Of a DNA stretch of 64,000 nucleotides, positions 49,932 to 59,757 are shown one piece after another. This DNA is from Candidatus Moanibacter sp. (GTDB lineage: Bacteria; Verrucomicrobiota; Verrucomicrobiia; Opitutales; UBA2987), in contig CBDCEW010000102.1 in NCBI GenBank assembly GCA_965215885.1, positions 32,001 through 96,000 of the forward strand. The letters run 5' to 3'. Positions within the stretch are counted from its first letter, which is position 1; the number at the start of each line of letters is the position of its first letter. Under the pieces are notes generated by a model, which made no database searches, had not been told where the DNA came from, and saw only the letters and a program-made list of their open reading frames with translations. The position numbers were made by a program, and so were the translations under genes.

Positions 49932-50479
49932 AATTTCGGACAGCTTTCTTTGCCGTGTGGCGCCCTCTCATTGTGTTGGCGGCACTCCTCCTTGGGTTAT
50001 CCGTATCGCCTTCCTCTGCAGTAGCGAAAGATAATTATTCGGACGCCGCTTCCGCCCGCAGATTGGGCACACCGAATGATCGGGTTTCGCCGGATCCAAG
50101 CCATCTCTCTCCAGCAGACCGCAAGCGTATGCGGGATATGGTCATGCTCGACCGTCTCCTCAGCCTTCCTCCCGAACGGCTGTCGCATATGCGCACCACG
50201 ATCGAACGCATCGAGAGGATGTCGGATGACGAAAAGCACGATCTGAGGGAAAAAATCCGGGAATTTAAGCGACTCAATCCCAATCAGCGTACCCGGCTGC
50301 ATCGGCAGTGGGAAGGGATTCCGAAAGAAACACGCTCTCTCCTCAGACAGCATTGGCAGGATATGTCCCAGGAGGATCGTCGAGCGGAAAGGCTCAAGCT
50401 ACAGCATATGAATCCCCAGGAACGCAGGAAGTATCACCACGAGCTTCTTATGCGCCTCAGAGATATTCGGCCGGATTAG
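49901..50479 (+). CDS. DUF3106-like periplasmic helical-repeat protein
   Basis: Signal peptide; L(S/P)PEQR-type repeats; ECF locus context. Confidence 0.7.
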   Translation: MDFSMDLKPVEFRTAFFAVWRPLIVLAALLLGLSVSPSSAVAKDNYSDAASARRLGTPNDRVSPDPSHLSPADRKRMRDMVMLDRLLSLPPERLSHMRTTIERIERMSDDEKHDLREKIREFKRLNPNQRTRLHRQWEGIPKETRSLLRQHWQDMSQEDRRAERLKLQHMNPQERRKYHHELLMRLRDIRPD

Positions 50480-50524
50480 ACGTTCCTCTTTTCCGGTTCA
50501 ACAAAATGTGCTTGCCAATTTCTG

Positions 50525-50552
50525 GTTGACTGAGTTGACTAATCAGTCAACT
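50525..50552. promoter_or_regulatory. Probable TetR operator
   Basis: Palindrome AGTTGACT-AATC-AGTCAACT plus an extra GTTGACTGA half-site, ~40 bp upstream of the tetR gene. Confidence 0.7.
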
Positions 50553-50591
50553 TTACCGGAATAACCGCAGCCTAAGCCCGATGACTGAGCT

Positions 50592-51257
50592 ATGAGGCCA
50601 CGCAGGAACACCAGAGAACGGCTCGTAACAGTTGCTCTGCAAAGCATCTGGAAAAAGAGCTGTGCGGCGGTCAGCGTTGATGCAATTTGTCGGGAAGCGA
50701 GAGTCAATAAGGGTAGTTTCTACCATTTTTTTGAGTCTAAATCCGCCATAATTCTTGCGACCATTGATGCTGCCTGGCGCACAATGAGGGAGGATGTTTT
50801 GGAACCGGCATTTGATCCCGAATTCAACGCGCTGGAACGAATAGAGAGGCTCTTTGAAAGGGCCCACAATTTTCAAAAGGAGCAGAAAGCGATAACTGGT
50901 TTTGTTCCGGGTTGTCTCTTCTGTAATGTAGGCAGTGAGCTCAGTACGCTGGACGAGTCGATTCGCGTGAGAATCGAAGAGATTCTTTCCCGGCATGTCG
51001 CGTATATCGAATCGGCCCTTCGGGAGGCTAAAGACGAAGGTCGCTTTGCGGGAGATCCCTTGAGAGTGGCAAAATCCCTATTCTCTTATCTTGAGGGACT
51101 CATTTTACGCGCCAAGATTCAAAATAACCCCGATCTGATTATCGAACTAGGAATCTGTCGGACTGAGCTTTCTGAACATCCCTGTGGCACGGATTTTTGG
51201 GTGACGGATGTGGATTCCGACGAAGATGAGACCGACAGATTCCTTGAGAGAAAATGA
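50592..51257 (+). CDS. TetR/AcrR family regulator (NemR/LmrA-like)
   Basis: VSVDAICREARVNKGSFYHFFESK; GCLFCNVGSELS. Confidence 0.92.
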   Translation: MRPRRNTRERLVTVALQSIWKKSCAAVSVDAICREARVNKGSFYHFFESKSAIILATIDAAWRTMREDVLEPAFDPEFNALERIERLFERAHNFQKEQKAITGFVPGCLFCNVGSELSTLDESIRVRIEEILSRHVAYIESALREAKDEGRFAGDPLRVAKSLFSYLEGLILRAKIQNNPDLIIELGICRTELSEHPCGTDFWVTDVDSDEDETDRFLERK

Positions 51258-51425
51258 ACCTGAGATTTGAGACAGTTTGTCATATTTGCTGCGTTCTTGG
51301 CCAAGATCCTTCCGATAGAAAGTTGCCGCCGTTGCAACCATCGTGGCAAGATGGCCCAAAGCGCATCAGCTGAGGAGAATTTTGATCACTCACCCACAAA
51401 TCTCAGATTCATTTTCTTAATGCTA

Positions 51426-53343
51426 GACCTTATCCGAAAAGCTACTGATTTGCCGCAAAGAGGCGCAAAAAGCGCAAGAAAAACTTGAGAAAAATCAGTT
51501 TTTCGGCTTGATAAAAAGTGTCGTAACATACTAGTGTTTAACAACTTAAGATTAAGAAATGAGTTAAACATGCCAACATGTGCGACAGAGGAGAACAAAA
51601 GCGACAAGACGCCCCTTAGCAACCTCATTCTGCCGGTTCCAGACACGGATTTTCGTGATTTTCTGGATGAAGTTGAAGAATTGGCCGGGTTCGCGGCGCA
51701 AATCATCGAGGCGATCGAGAAGGATCTGGACGCCCATGCGCGTGAGAAGAAGAAACTTCGATTGGAAGATCGAAGGTTCTTTGAAGGGCGCACAGCGGAG
51801 CTGCCGGAGCTGGACATCGAGGAGGAGAATATTCTGGCTGCTGAATTGAATCTTGCGGTAGGCCGGCCGCGGATGCCGGCTTATGCGGTATACGTGTGCG
51901 TGATGATTCGAGGGTTTCTGGGTTCGTTGACCACGAAACCGGCACGGCGGTTTCTGCGCGAGTCGATGAGCTTGTACGGATTTCTTCAGAGGCGGGGACT
52001 GAGAATGCCGGCGGTGACGACGATTCTGGAGAACGTGAACCTGGTCAGCCATAGGACCCGCGAGCTGATCTTTGATAAACAGATTGGGTTTATCCTCCAG
52101 GAGCAATGGGACGATTTCGGGAAGCTGACGATCGACAGCACCTCGGTGAAAGCAAACAGCTGCTGGCCCACCGATGGGAGGATTCTGGCCGGTCTTTTGA
52201 TGCGGGCCAATCGTTTGGGTCAGAAGTTGCATATATTCGGGCTGGAGGATTTTCGCAAGGGATGGGTTGGGCGTTGGCTGCAGGAGATAGACAAGCTGGA
52301 GTTTCAGATTTGTCTGGCCGCGGGCAAACCGAAGTCGAAGGGCAAGCTGAAGAAACACTACCGGCGGTTGCTCAAGCGGGGCCGCAAGGCGGCCGACTCA
52401 CTAACGGGGGAACTGAGCCATCTTGAAGAGGGCCTGTCGATGGATTCACTGCCTCCCACTCGCCGGGAGCTTCTGGAGCGGGCATTGAGCCAGATCAGGG
52501 GCGATATTGCCGACGCCAAGCGGGTTGTTGAGTATGCTCATGATCGGGTGTTTCACGAAAAGAAGCTACCGTCCACACAGAAGGTCCTGAGCCTCTCGGA
52601 CGGATCGGCGGCCTACATCAAGAAGGGCAGCCGCAATCCAGTCATCGGGTACAAGCCACAACTGGTTCGCAGCGAAAACGGTTTTGTCACCAGCCTGATC
52701 GTACCGCAAGGCAATGCGGCAGACTCCATTGAGCTGGCGCCGGCCATCGGCGATTCGATCAAGCGCACCGGTGTCATTGCTGAACTGATCAGCACCGATG
52801 ACGGATATGCTTCGGCGAAGGGGCGCAAGGAGGTGCTGGGCATGGGGGTAAAGCAAATCAGTATCAGTGGGGCGAAGGGCAAGAAGTTGACCACCCCCGA
52901 GGACCGGGAGAGCGAGGCGTATCGCGAGGCACGCCGCAATCGCTCCGCAGTGGAGTCGCTGATGTTCACGATTAAAGATGGATTTGCCTTTGGCGAACTC
53001 GGCCGCCGCGGCATCGATGCGGTAGGCGATGAACTGCTCGAGAAGGTTCTGGCCTACAACTTCTGCCGCATCATACTGATGAAGAAACGACGACGGGAGG
53101 AACTGGAACAGGCGGCCTGAATCTGACCGCTTTGCAGCTCGGAGAAAAAAGCACCACGGGATGAGTATGCCTCCAAACAGCGGCAAATATGCGTATTGTG
53201 CAGCAAGCCACGCCGATGGCCGCTCAATACCTGCTCATCGGCAGCGTCGGCAGCCTGAAACCCGACGCCTGCCAGCCATAGGCTGGTCCGCCTGTGGCGG
53301 AAAACCTGAAACCGTCCGCTCGAAAGGCTTTTCGAATGGGGTC
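51426..53343 (+). mobile_element. Insertion sequence copy 2 (same family as 8817-10733), 1918 bp
   Basis: Same TIRs; 6-bp TSD ATGCTA at 51420-51425 and 53344-53349. Confidence 0.92.
51570..53120 (+). CDS. DDE transposase (516 aa), copy 2
   Basis: Near-identical to 8960-10510. Confidence 0.92.
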   Translation: MPTCATEENKSDKTPLSNLILPVPDTDFRDFLDEVEELAGFAAQIIEAIEKDLDAHAREKKKLRLEDRRFFEGRTAELPELDIEEENILAAELNLAVGRPRMPAYAVYVCVMIRGFLGSLTTKPARRFLRESMSLYGFLQRRGLRMPAVTTILENVNLVSHRTRELIFDKQIGFILQEQWDDFGKLTIDSTSVKANSCWPTDGRILAGLLMRANRLGQKLHIFGLEDFRKGWVGRWLQEIDKLEFQICLAAGKPKSKGKLKKHYRRLLKRGRKAADSLTGELSHLEEGLSMDSLPPTRRELLERALSQIRGDIADAKRVVEYAHDRVFHEKKLPSTQKVLSLSDGSAAYIKKGSRNPVIGYKPQLVRSENGFVTSLIVPQGNAADSIELAPAIGDSIKRTGVIAELISTDDGYASAKGRKEVLGMGVKQISISGAKGKKLTTPEDRESEAYREARRNRSAVESLMFTIKDGFAFGELGRRGIDAVGDELLEKVLAYNFCRIILMKKRRREELEQAA

Positions 53344-53344
53344 A

Positions 53345-53416
53345 TGCTAGCAGCCTGTCGGAATAAACTCGAGTATCTCTTCCGAAAGAAGCATAAACTC
53401 CGACAGGCTGCTAGCA
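53345..53416. mobile_element. Mini-MITE with ISAs1-element-like ends
   Basis: Perfect 18-bp IR TGCTAGCAGCCTGTCGGA / TCCGACAGGCTGCTAGCA; left end CAGCCTGTCGGAATAAACTCGAG resembles the ISAs1 end CAGCCTTTCGGAATAAAATCGAG. Confidence 0.8.
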
Positions 53417-53677
53417 CCGGAACTACCAGTATTCATCGGCCTCTCCTGAGATTTGCTAGCTATATCAGGTCGGCACGTGCTGTGCTGGATTAATATAATT
53501 TGAAATAAACGCGTTTATCGATTATCTTATCTCTGTCCAGAGAGTAGTCCAAACAACTTGAATTACCAGAGCTTCTGGTAATTGCAATAGACTGAAAGGC
53601 CTTAAAACGGCCTGAGTGTTAAGACTAGCGACAGATAACACCAGAAGCTGGATTTGAGAGCGGCCCGGCTTCATTTA

Positions 53678-53710
53678 AGCCACCTGCCCGTCCACGGGAG
53701 GTGGCTTTTC
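53678..53710 (+). terminator. Intrinsic terminator-like hairpin
   Basis: AAGCCACCT-GCCCGTCCACGGG-AGGTGGCTTTTC. Confidence 0.65.
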
Positions 53711-53711
53711 C

Positions 53712-53769
53712 CTAGCCCGAACATTTCACCAAATCTTCCGCTACGAAGTGTGTGAAATGTCCGGGCCAG
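53712..53769. mobile_element. MITE family CCCGAACATTTCAC, copy D (ends only)
   Basis: CTAGCCCGAACATTTCACC...TGTGAAATGTCCGGGCCAG. Confidence 0.8.
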
Positions 53770-53875
53770 CTGCATTCGGCGAGTCTCGCCCGACGGACTG
53801 CAGAGCAAGAATCATGGCGCATTCTTCAGGGCCGCATTCAAGGCAAAAATGGAAGACCACGCCAGGAAAAGCGGG

Positions 53876-54799
53876 CTAAAAGGCGACGTCGATCTCGGCA
53901 AGAGCATCCTTTAGAGAGGGTTCCATGGGATGCCCGTTGAAGAGCACTTTCCCCTCTGGATTCAGAAGAATCATACGGGGCAGGGAGTCGATCATTAAAA
54001 GGCGGCCGATTGGACCACCGCTTGGCTCCACCAGCCAGGACAACTCGATAGCTTCATTCATTCGGAAATTCTCGGCTTTTTCGATCGATTCGGTATTTAA
54101 ACCCGCTACTACGAGACCCTGTGGTTCGAGAATTTCCGCCTTCTTCATAAGTTCCGGCATCAGGGCGATACAGGGAGCGCACCAGGTGGCCCAAAAGTCT
54201 AAAAGTATCCCTTTCTTGTCTTTTGCCAGTTGCTCCAATGTTATGGAGTCTCCCTGAGAGGTGGATATTGGAAGATCCATAGGTAGAACGAGATTGTCCA
54301 ATCTTTCGGCTTTTCGGTGCTCTTCGATAAAGAAGGCCAAAAGGGTTCCGAGCTCGGGATTGAACCAAAAACTCTCCTTGGTAGATGCCTCAAAGTCGGT
54401 GTTGTTCTCTTTCTGCTTTGCCTCCAGCGCGCGAAAGAAATGATAGTATCCGTATAATTCATCGGGATTGCGAAAAATCTCGCTCTTTTCGATATCCCAC
54501 GAGTGCAGCAGGGCATCAATCTCCGGTAACAACACAACGACCTTTTCAAATTCTCCATTCTTCCAGATTCGGGCGATTCTGGCCTCCATCAGAATTTGGG
54601 GTGTAGCGCCGAGCATAGCCGCATTTCCCAAATAAGACTCGAATTCATGATCCGACTGGATCTCGTCGTCGAAAAGAATCCGTAACAGAGAATCGAGTTC
54701 ATCTACGGCAGGATTAGTCTCCGCGTTTTCCTCCGCCGATAGTGATGGAGTGTAAAACGCCGAGATTAGAAACAATAAAATCCGAACTTGCCTACGCAT
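53876..54799 (-). CDS. Secreted TlpA-family thiol:disulfide oxidoreductase with N-terminal helical domain
   Basis: LLDFWATWCAPC, SLPRMILLNPEG; signal peptide. Confidence 0.9.
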   Translation of the reverse strand: MRRQVRILLFLISAFYTPSLSAEENAETNPAVDELDSLLRILFDDEIQSDHEFESYLGNAAMLGATPQILMEARIARIWKNGEFEKVVVLLPEIDALLHSWDIEKSEIFRNPDELYGYYHFFRALEAKQKENNTDFEASTKESFWFNPELGTLLAFFIEEHRKAERLDNLVLPMDLPISTSQGDSITLEQLAKDKKGILLDFWATWCAPCIALMPELMKKAEILEPQGLVVAGLNTESIEKAENFRMNEAIELSWLVEPSGGPIGRLLMIDSLPRMILLNPEGKVLFNGHPMEPSLKDALAEIDVAF

Positions 54800-55017
54800 T
54801 TTCCTTGATTCGTTAATTAGCACACCGTTGCGATTCCGGCCAATACTATTTGGAGATAAAGAGATATGTTTTATTTCCGGGATAGAAGACAAACCCTTGC
54901 GGAAACGCAAGTGGGCCTCGAATAATCCGACGGGCTCTTAAGGAAACACCCGCCTCTCGGAACGGTCTCACATAAGGTTTGACCCGTCTGAATAAAGATT
55001 CGATAAATCCAAGCCCT

Positions 55018-55764
55018 ATGATCGCGTTAAGAGAAGTATACAAGAGTTTGGGCCTTATTGGCGCTCTTTCGCTGGCAACGATTACTGCGCCCCGTGCGTT
55101 CGCCCAGGAGGATGATTCTCCAGCACCGAAAAAGGATTCCCTGCACAACGAGGCCTTGCAGGCATACGGGTGGTACCTCGGATCTCAAGGGGGGCTGAAT
55201 TGGGACTTCACGGAGGAAGATAAAGAGCAGATCATAATAGGGATTCGGCGGGCGGCGAACGGTCATGGCGCGCCCAGCGACATGGAGGCGCTCCTGCCCA
55301 GGATCGACAAAATTGTCAGCGCAAAGGCTGAGAAATTTCAGAAAGAGCAGGCCGAGCAAAATAAGGAGATATCCAGGCGCTACCTGGAAGAGGCGTTAAA
55401 GACAGAGGGGATCGAGAAAACCGAAAACGGACTGGTGTATCAAATCATAGAGCTCGGTATCGGAGCATTTCCGAAGCCAGATGATATGGTACGTCTCAAC
55501 TATCGTGGGAGACTCATCAACGGCCAGGAATTTGACAGTTCGTTCCAACGGGGAAGGCCGGCTGACCTTGTCATGAGCAACGTCATACCGGGCTTTCGTG
55601 AAGGATTACAGCTTTTACGTGAAGGAGGCAGAATAATCCTCTACATACCTCCGGAATTGGGCTACGGTGAGGAAGCTCAACAAGGCATTCCCGCAAACTC
55701 GGTGCTCACCTTTGAAATCGACCTCATCGAGGTGAATCCGGTTGGGGTTCGCGCGCCACAATAG
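55018..55764 (+). CDS. FKBP-type peptidyl-prolyl isomerase (FkpA/Mip-like)
   Basis: YRGRLINGQEFDSS, VIPGFREGL, IPPELGYG, IPANSVLTFEI. Confidence 0.93.
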   Translation: MIALREVYKSLGLIGALSLATITAPRAFAQEDDSPAPKKDSLHNEALQAYGWYLGSQGGLNWDFTEEDKEQIIIGIRRAANGHGAPSDMEALLPRIDKIVSAKAEKFQKEQAEQNKEISRRYLEEALKTEGIEKTENGLVYQIIELGIGAFPKPDDMVRLNYRGRLINGQEFDSSFQRGRPADLVMSNVIPGFREGLQLLREGGRIILYIPPELGYGEEAQQGIPANSVLTFEIDLIEVNPVGVRAPQ

Positions 55765-55771
55765 CAAATCG

Positions 55772-57532
55772 TTACGAATCGACCGGCGGAGGGATCTTCT
55801 CTCCTATCGAAAAAAGCAAAACGGCTATCAAAACAGGAGCGAGGATAAAGTACAACCAGACGGGCATTCCGAGGGCTACACCTACGTAACCTGACAGTGA
55901 GGCCACCGCCATCGTAGTCAGCGCGTAGACGATCTGGGTCGTAACGTGATCGATGTGGTCGCAGCCCGTGGAAATCGAGGAAAGAACCGTGGTATCGCTG
56001 ATCGGGCTGCAGTGATCCCCGAAGATCGCACCATCCAGTACGGCCGCGGTTGCGAGCCAGAAGAGGATGCGATTGCCCTCTTCATAAGCGCCCATGGCAT
56101 GGGCGAGTGGAAGGATAATGGGAATGAGTATACCCATCGAGCCAAAGCTCGTTCCTGTTGCAAACGCCATACCCGAAGCCGTGAGAAATACAACGAGAGG
56201 AAGCAATGTCAGCGGCAGCCGAGTGCCGAGGAGTGAGATCAGATATCTGTCGGTGTGAAGTCCGTAGGCATCGTTGGTACAGATCTCTTTCATTGCCCAT
56301 GCCATGGTGAGTATAAATATCGCCATCCACAGAGTCGGAATGGCTCGAAGGTAAGCTCCCATTGACTGGCGGATTGACAATATTCTCTGGCCCACAGCCA
56401 GCGAAACGGCTATCACGCCGCCGGCCACGGAAGCCAGGAACAGTATCATCATCGCGCCTCCTCCTCCATAGGAGGGATTGGTAGTCGCTCCGAAAGCATC
56501 GCGCCAGCTCAACAGCTGGAGGAGCGAGAAGCTTCCCCCTCCATCGATGATACGGGCTCGGCCCAAAAGAAGGATTCCTGCCAAGGTGCCGAAAATCACG
56601 ATGAAGAGTGGCGCGGCGGCATTGATCCAACGCTGTGGTTTATCAGGAATTGGCTCCATTTCTTCCCCACCTTCGCGCACGATCAATACGGCACTGTCTG
56701 AGACCAGCTTTCCTTCCACCGCGGCGCGAATTTCCGCTTTTCGCATGGGTCCGAAATCTCTGCCCGTTGCCGAAGCCAGGAAGACCATCATCAGGGTACC
56801 CCAGCAGTAGAAGCGAAACGGAATGATCGTTACGAAAATGAGGTATCCCCCTTCCTCCAGTGCCAGATCGTTTCCCACAGCTTCAAAGAGCCATACTTCA
56901 AATGCGATCCAGGTCGACAGCAGGGCCAGGCCGGCAACCGGTGCAGTCGTTGAATCAACCAGATAAGCCAGTTTCTCCCGTGATATCTTCCACTTGTCGC
57001 AGAGTTTTCTCATCGTAGAACCGACCACCACCGTGTTGGAGTAATCGTCGAAGAAGATCACCAATCCTGCCAACATTGTGGCTACTTTGGCGGAACGAGG
57101 GCCCTTCGCCACTCTGCTGATGATGGTGACGAGACCATGAATGCCGCCGCTCCTGTAGGCGACATGAATCATTCCGACGAGGGCGAATAGAAAGAGAAAG
57201 ATGTATAGATTGAATTGTCCGGTGAAGTTGATCCAGATAAACTCCTTTATCCCCCTCGGAATCGCTGTCATGAATTGAGGATAGAACGCGAGAACGGAAC
57301 CCAGGATGAAAGCGCTGCTCAATGCCCACACGAGCGTCCGAAAATAGACTGCTACCGTGATCGCCATGAGCGGCGGTAATATTGACGTCCAATGGCCGGC
57401 TTCCTCTTCCGCAAGATACACAACCTTATCTGTGGGAAGGTTGGCGAAAAACAGGCAGATACAGAGACAGGTAAGAATGAAAGCTCCCCATCGCGCAGGG
57501 CGCTTCCAATAATGTGTATCTCGTCTCTTCAT
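55772..57532 (-). CDS. NhaC-family Na+/H+ antiporter-like transporter
   Basis: FFDDY, SREKLAYLVDST, FATGTSFG, GDHCSPISDTT. Confidence 0.9.
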   Translation of the reverse strand: MKRRDTHYWKRPARWGAFILTCLCICLFFANLPTDKVVYLAEEEAGHWTSILPPLMAITVAVYFRTLVWALSSAFILGSVLAFYPQFMTAIPRGIKEFIWINFTGQFNLYIFLFLFALVGMIHVAYRSGGIHGLVTIISRVAKGPRSAKVATMLAGLVIFFDDYSNTVVVGSTMRKLCDKWKISREKLAYLVDSTTAPVAGLALLSTWIAFEVWLFEAVGNDLALEEGGYLIFVTIIPFRFYCWGTLMMVFLASATGRDFGPMRKAEIRAAVEGKLVSDSAVLIVREGGEEMEPIPDKPQRWINAAAPLFIVIFGTLAGILLLGRARIIDGGGSFSLLQLLSWRDAFGATTNPSYGGGGAMMILFLASVAGGVIAVSLAVGQRILSIRQSMGAYLRAIPTLWMAIFILTMAWAMKEICTNDAYGLHTDRYLISLLGTRLPLTLLPLVVFLTASGMAFATGTSFGSMGILIPIILPLAHAMGAYEEGNRILFWLATAAVLDGAIFGDHCSPISDTTVLSSISTGCDHIDHVTTQIVYALTTMAVASLSGYVGVALGMPVWLYFILAPVLIAVLLFSIGEKIPPPVDS

Positions 57533-57537
57533 CCCTG

Positions 57538-57631
57538 GGAATCTGTCGGACCTGGATTTGCCAACATCCCCGTGGTGCGGATTTCATGATGACAGATCGA
57601 CATTCCAATGCAGATGAGAGCGACAGATTCC
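57538..57631. mobile_element. 94-bp MITE, family GGAATCTGTCGG (copy 2, inverted)
   Basis: Reverse complement aligns end to end with 15303-15396. Confidence 0.78.
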
Positions 57632-57637
57632 TTCTTT

Positions 57638-58429
57638 CTAGAGGCCGAAAAAATCCAGCGTGTTACGTGAGGCGGTTTCCGCAAATTCCTCGAATTCCAT
57701 ACCGAAGAGTTTGGCACAGAAATCGGCTGTATAGCGGACAAACGCCGGCTCGTTCGGTTTGCCCCTCTTTGGCTCCGGCGATAAATAGGGAGCGTCCGTT
57801 TCGACCATGACGGAGTCCACCCCCTGAAGGAGAGCTGCTTCGCGTATCTTTTGAGCATTCCGATAGGTGATGATCCCCGTAAATGAACCGCGGCCCCCCC
57901 GGTTGTTCAGTAGGCGTATCTCTTCCGGCCCTTCCGCGAAACAATGAAAGACCACCCGGCTCCAGTCCAGACCGCTTCCATCGATAACCCTGATACACTC
58001 ATGAAAAGCGTTGCGCGAGTGTATGATTACGGGGCACCCGAATTGGAGAGCCAGGGCGAGCTGATGCTCGAATACCTCGATCTGCCGCGCTTTAACCTCA
58101 GCTGCTTCGTCAGGATACTTGGGAAGATGAAAATGATCGAGACCGATCTCGCCTAACGCTACAGGCAGGTTCTCCTGGGTGAAAAACGGCGAAAGTTGCA
58201 CCAGCTGCTCCTCCCAATCATCTTCTATGTCTGTCGGGTGTAAGCCCACCGAATAGCCAATCTTCCCGTCACTACCGATCGACAGTTCCTGATTGTCGCT
58301 CCAGTCCGTTATGCTTGTGCCGATCGTAATTAATCGACCCACTCCGGCGTCCGCCGCATTCCTTAACGCCTCTTCCAGGGTGCCTCGTCTTTGCAGAGAA
58401 GCGAGATGACAATGACTGTCTATCAGCAT
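57638..58429 (-). CDS. tatD: TatD family hydrolase
   Basis: IDSHCHL, GLHP, GEIGLD, IHSR, FHCF, ETDAPYL. Confidence 0.95.
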   Translation of the reverse strand: MLIDSHCHLASLQRRGTLEEALRNAADAGVGRLITIGTSITDWSDNQELSIGSDGKIGYSVGLHPTDIEDDWEEQLVQLSPFFTQENLPVALGEIGLDHFHLPKYPDEAAEVKARQIEVFEHQLALALQFGCPVIIHSRNAFHECIRVIDGSGLDWSRVVFHCFAEGPEEIRLLNNRGGRGSFTGIITYRNAQKIREAALLQGVDSVMVETDAPYLSPEPKRGKPNEPAFVRYTADFCAKLFGMEFEEFAETASRNTLDFFGL

Positions 58430-58824
58430 TCGATTCCTCCAGTATACCTTATAGGCGGTTTCTCAGTCGTCATAGAACGACCCGAACCATTACGCAATAT
58501 TTCAAATTTATTCGTTGCCCTCCATTTGTCCGGAGTTTTGACAGATTTCCTGACTCCAGCGAAACCGCATCCCCAAAGCTTCAATATTAAGAGAATTGAA
58601 TTTGAAAAAGGAACCATTCAAGCGAATCTGAGAACGACACCGTGTAGATTATCCAAGCGGATGAAAAAGATTGCTTTCCGCTTCAACATTTTCGTTTTCA
58701 GAAACCTACGATGCGGTTTCGCGTTCTCTAACCCGAAGATAGGAAGATGTCTCCCGCTGAGTCGGGAGCGGTAGTGAAATCTTCGGGTTGGCTGCGTCGT
58801 TTCAAAGGACTCATTAGAATCTAA

Positions 58825-59757
58825 ATGGAAAACGTTATTATCTTAGGGACTGGGTGCGCGGGCCTGACCGCAGCCATATATGCTTCTCGGGCAAACTTGA
58901 ATCCGCTCGTTATTGAGGGAGGTCAACCAGGCGGTCAGTTGACGACAACCTCCGAAGTAGAGAACTTTCCCGGCTTTCCCGAAGGAGTCGACGGATTCGA
59001 GCTGATGGATCTCCTTCGTAAACAAGCGACTCGGTTTGGCACGCGAACCGCCCACGATTCAATTGAGAAGGTCGATTTCACGGACGGGAAAATGGTGGTG
59101 AGTTCCGCATCCAAGACCTACCAATCAAAGGCGCTGATCATTGCGACAGGAGCCTCTCCCCGGCTCCTCGGTATTCCGGGAGAACAGGAGATGTTCGGTG
59201 GAAAGGGTGTCACCACCTGCGCCACCTGTGACGGTGCGTTCTATCGCGGAATGGATGTCGTAGTCGTGGGCGGGGGAGATTCGGCCTGCGAGGAGGCACT
59301 CTTCCTTACCCGTTTCTGTAGCAAGATCTCTCTCATCCATCGCCGCGATGAATTGAGAGCATCCAAAATTATGGCTGGACGCCTTCTCGGCCACGATAAG
59401 ATCGAGCCGATTTGGAACACTGTCGTCGATGAGGTGCTGGCCGACGAAAGCGGCGCGGCCCGTGCCGTATCCGTCCTCGGCGTCGACACCAATGTAAGGG
59501 GTGAAATCCCCTGCAAGGGTGTCTTTCTCGCCATCGGACATATCCCCAACACACAGCCATTTGCGGGAGTGCTCGAGCTCGACCGTCAAGGGTATATCAT
59601 TCCCCGGTCGAATAATCAGGTTCTCACAAATATTCCCGGTGTGTTTGCCGCCGGCGATTGCGTCGATCATGTCTACAGGCAGGCCGTGACCGCCGCCGGT
59701 ATGGGTTGTCAGGCCGCCATAGAGGCGGAGAGATGGTTGGCCAGTCATGAGCATTAA
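58825..59757 (+). CDS. trxB: Thioredoxin-disulfide reductase
   Basis: [32 protein letters not shown]. Confidence 0.96.
   Translation: MENVIILGTGCAGLTAAIYASRANLNPLVIEGGQPGGQLTTTSEVENFPGFPEGVDGFELMDLLRKQATRFGTRTAHDSIEKVDFTDGKMVVSSASKTYQSKALIIATGASPRLLGIPGEQEMFGGKGVTTCATCDGAFYRGMDVVVVGGGDSACEEALFLTRFCSKISLIHRRDELRASKIMAGRLLGHDKIEPIWNTVVDEVLADESGAARAVSVLGVDTNVRGEIPCKGVFLAIGHIPNTQPFAGVLELDRQGYIIPRSNNQVLTNIPGVFAAGDCVDHVYRQAVTAAGMGCQAAIEAERWLASHEH

Noticed and set aside
19475..53769. CRISPR array interpretation of the repeats
   Set aside because: The repeats are dispersed and inverted, not regularly spaced direct repeats with spacers. No cas genes.
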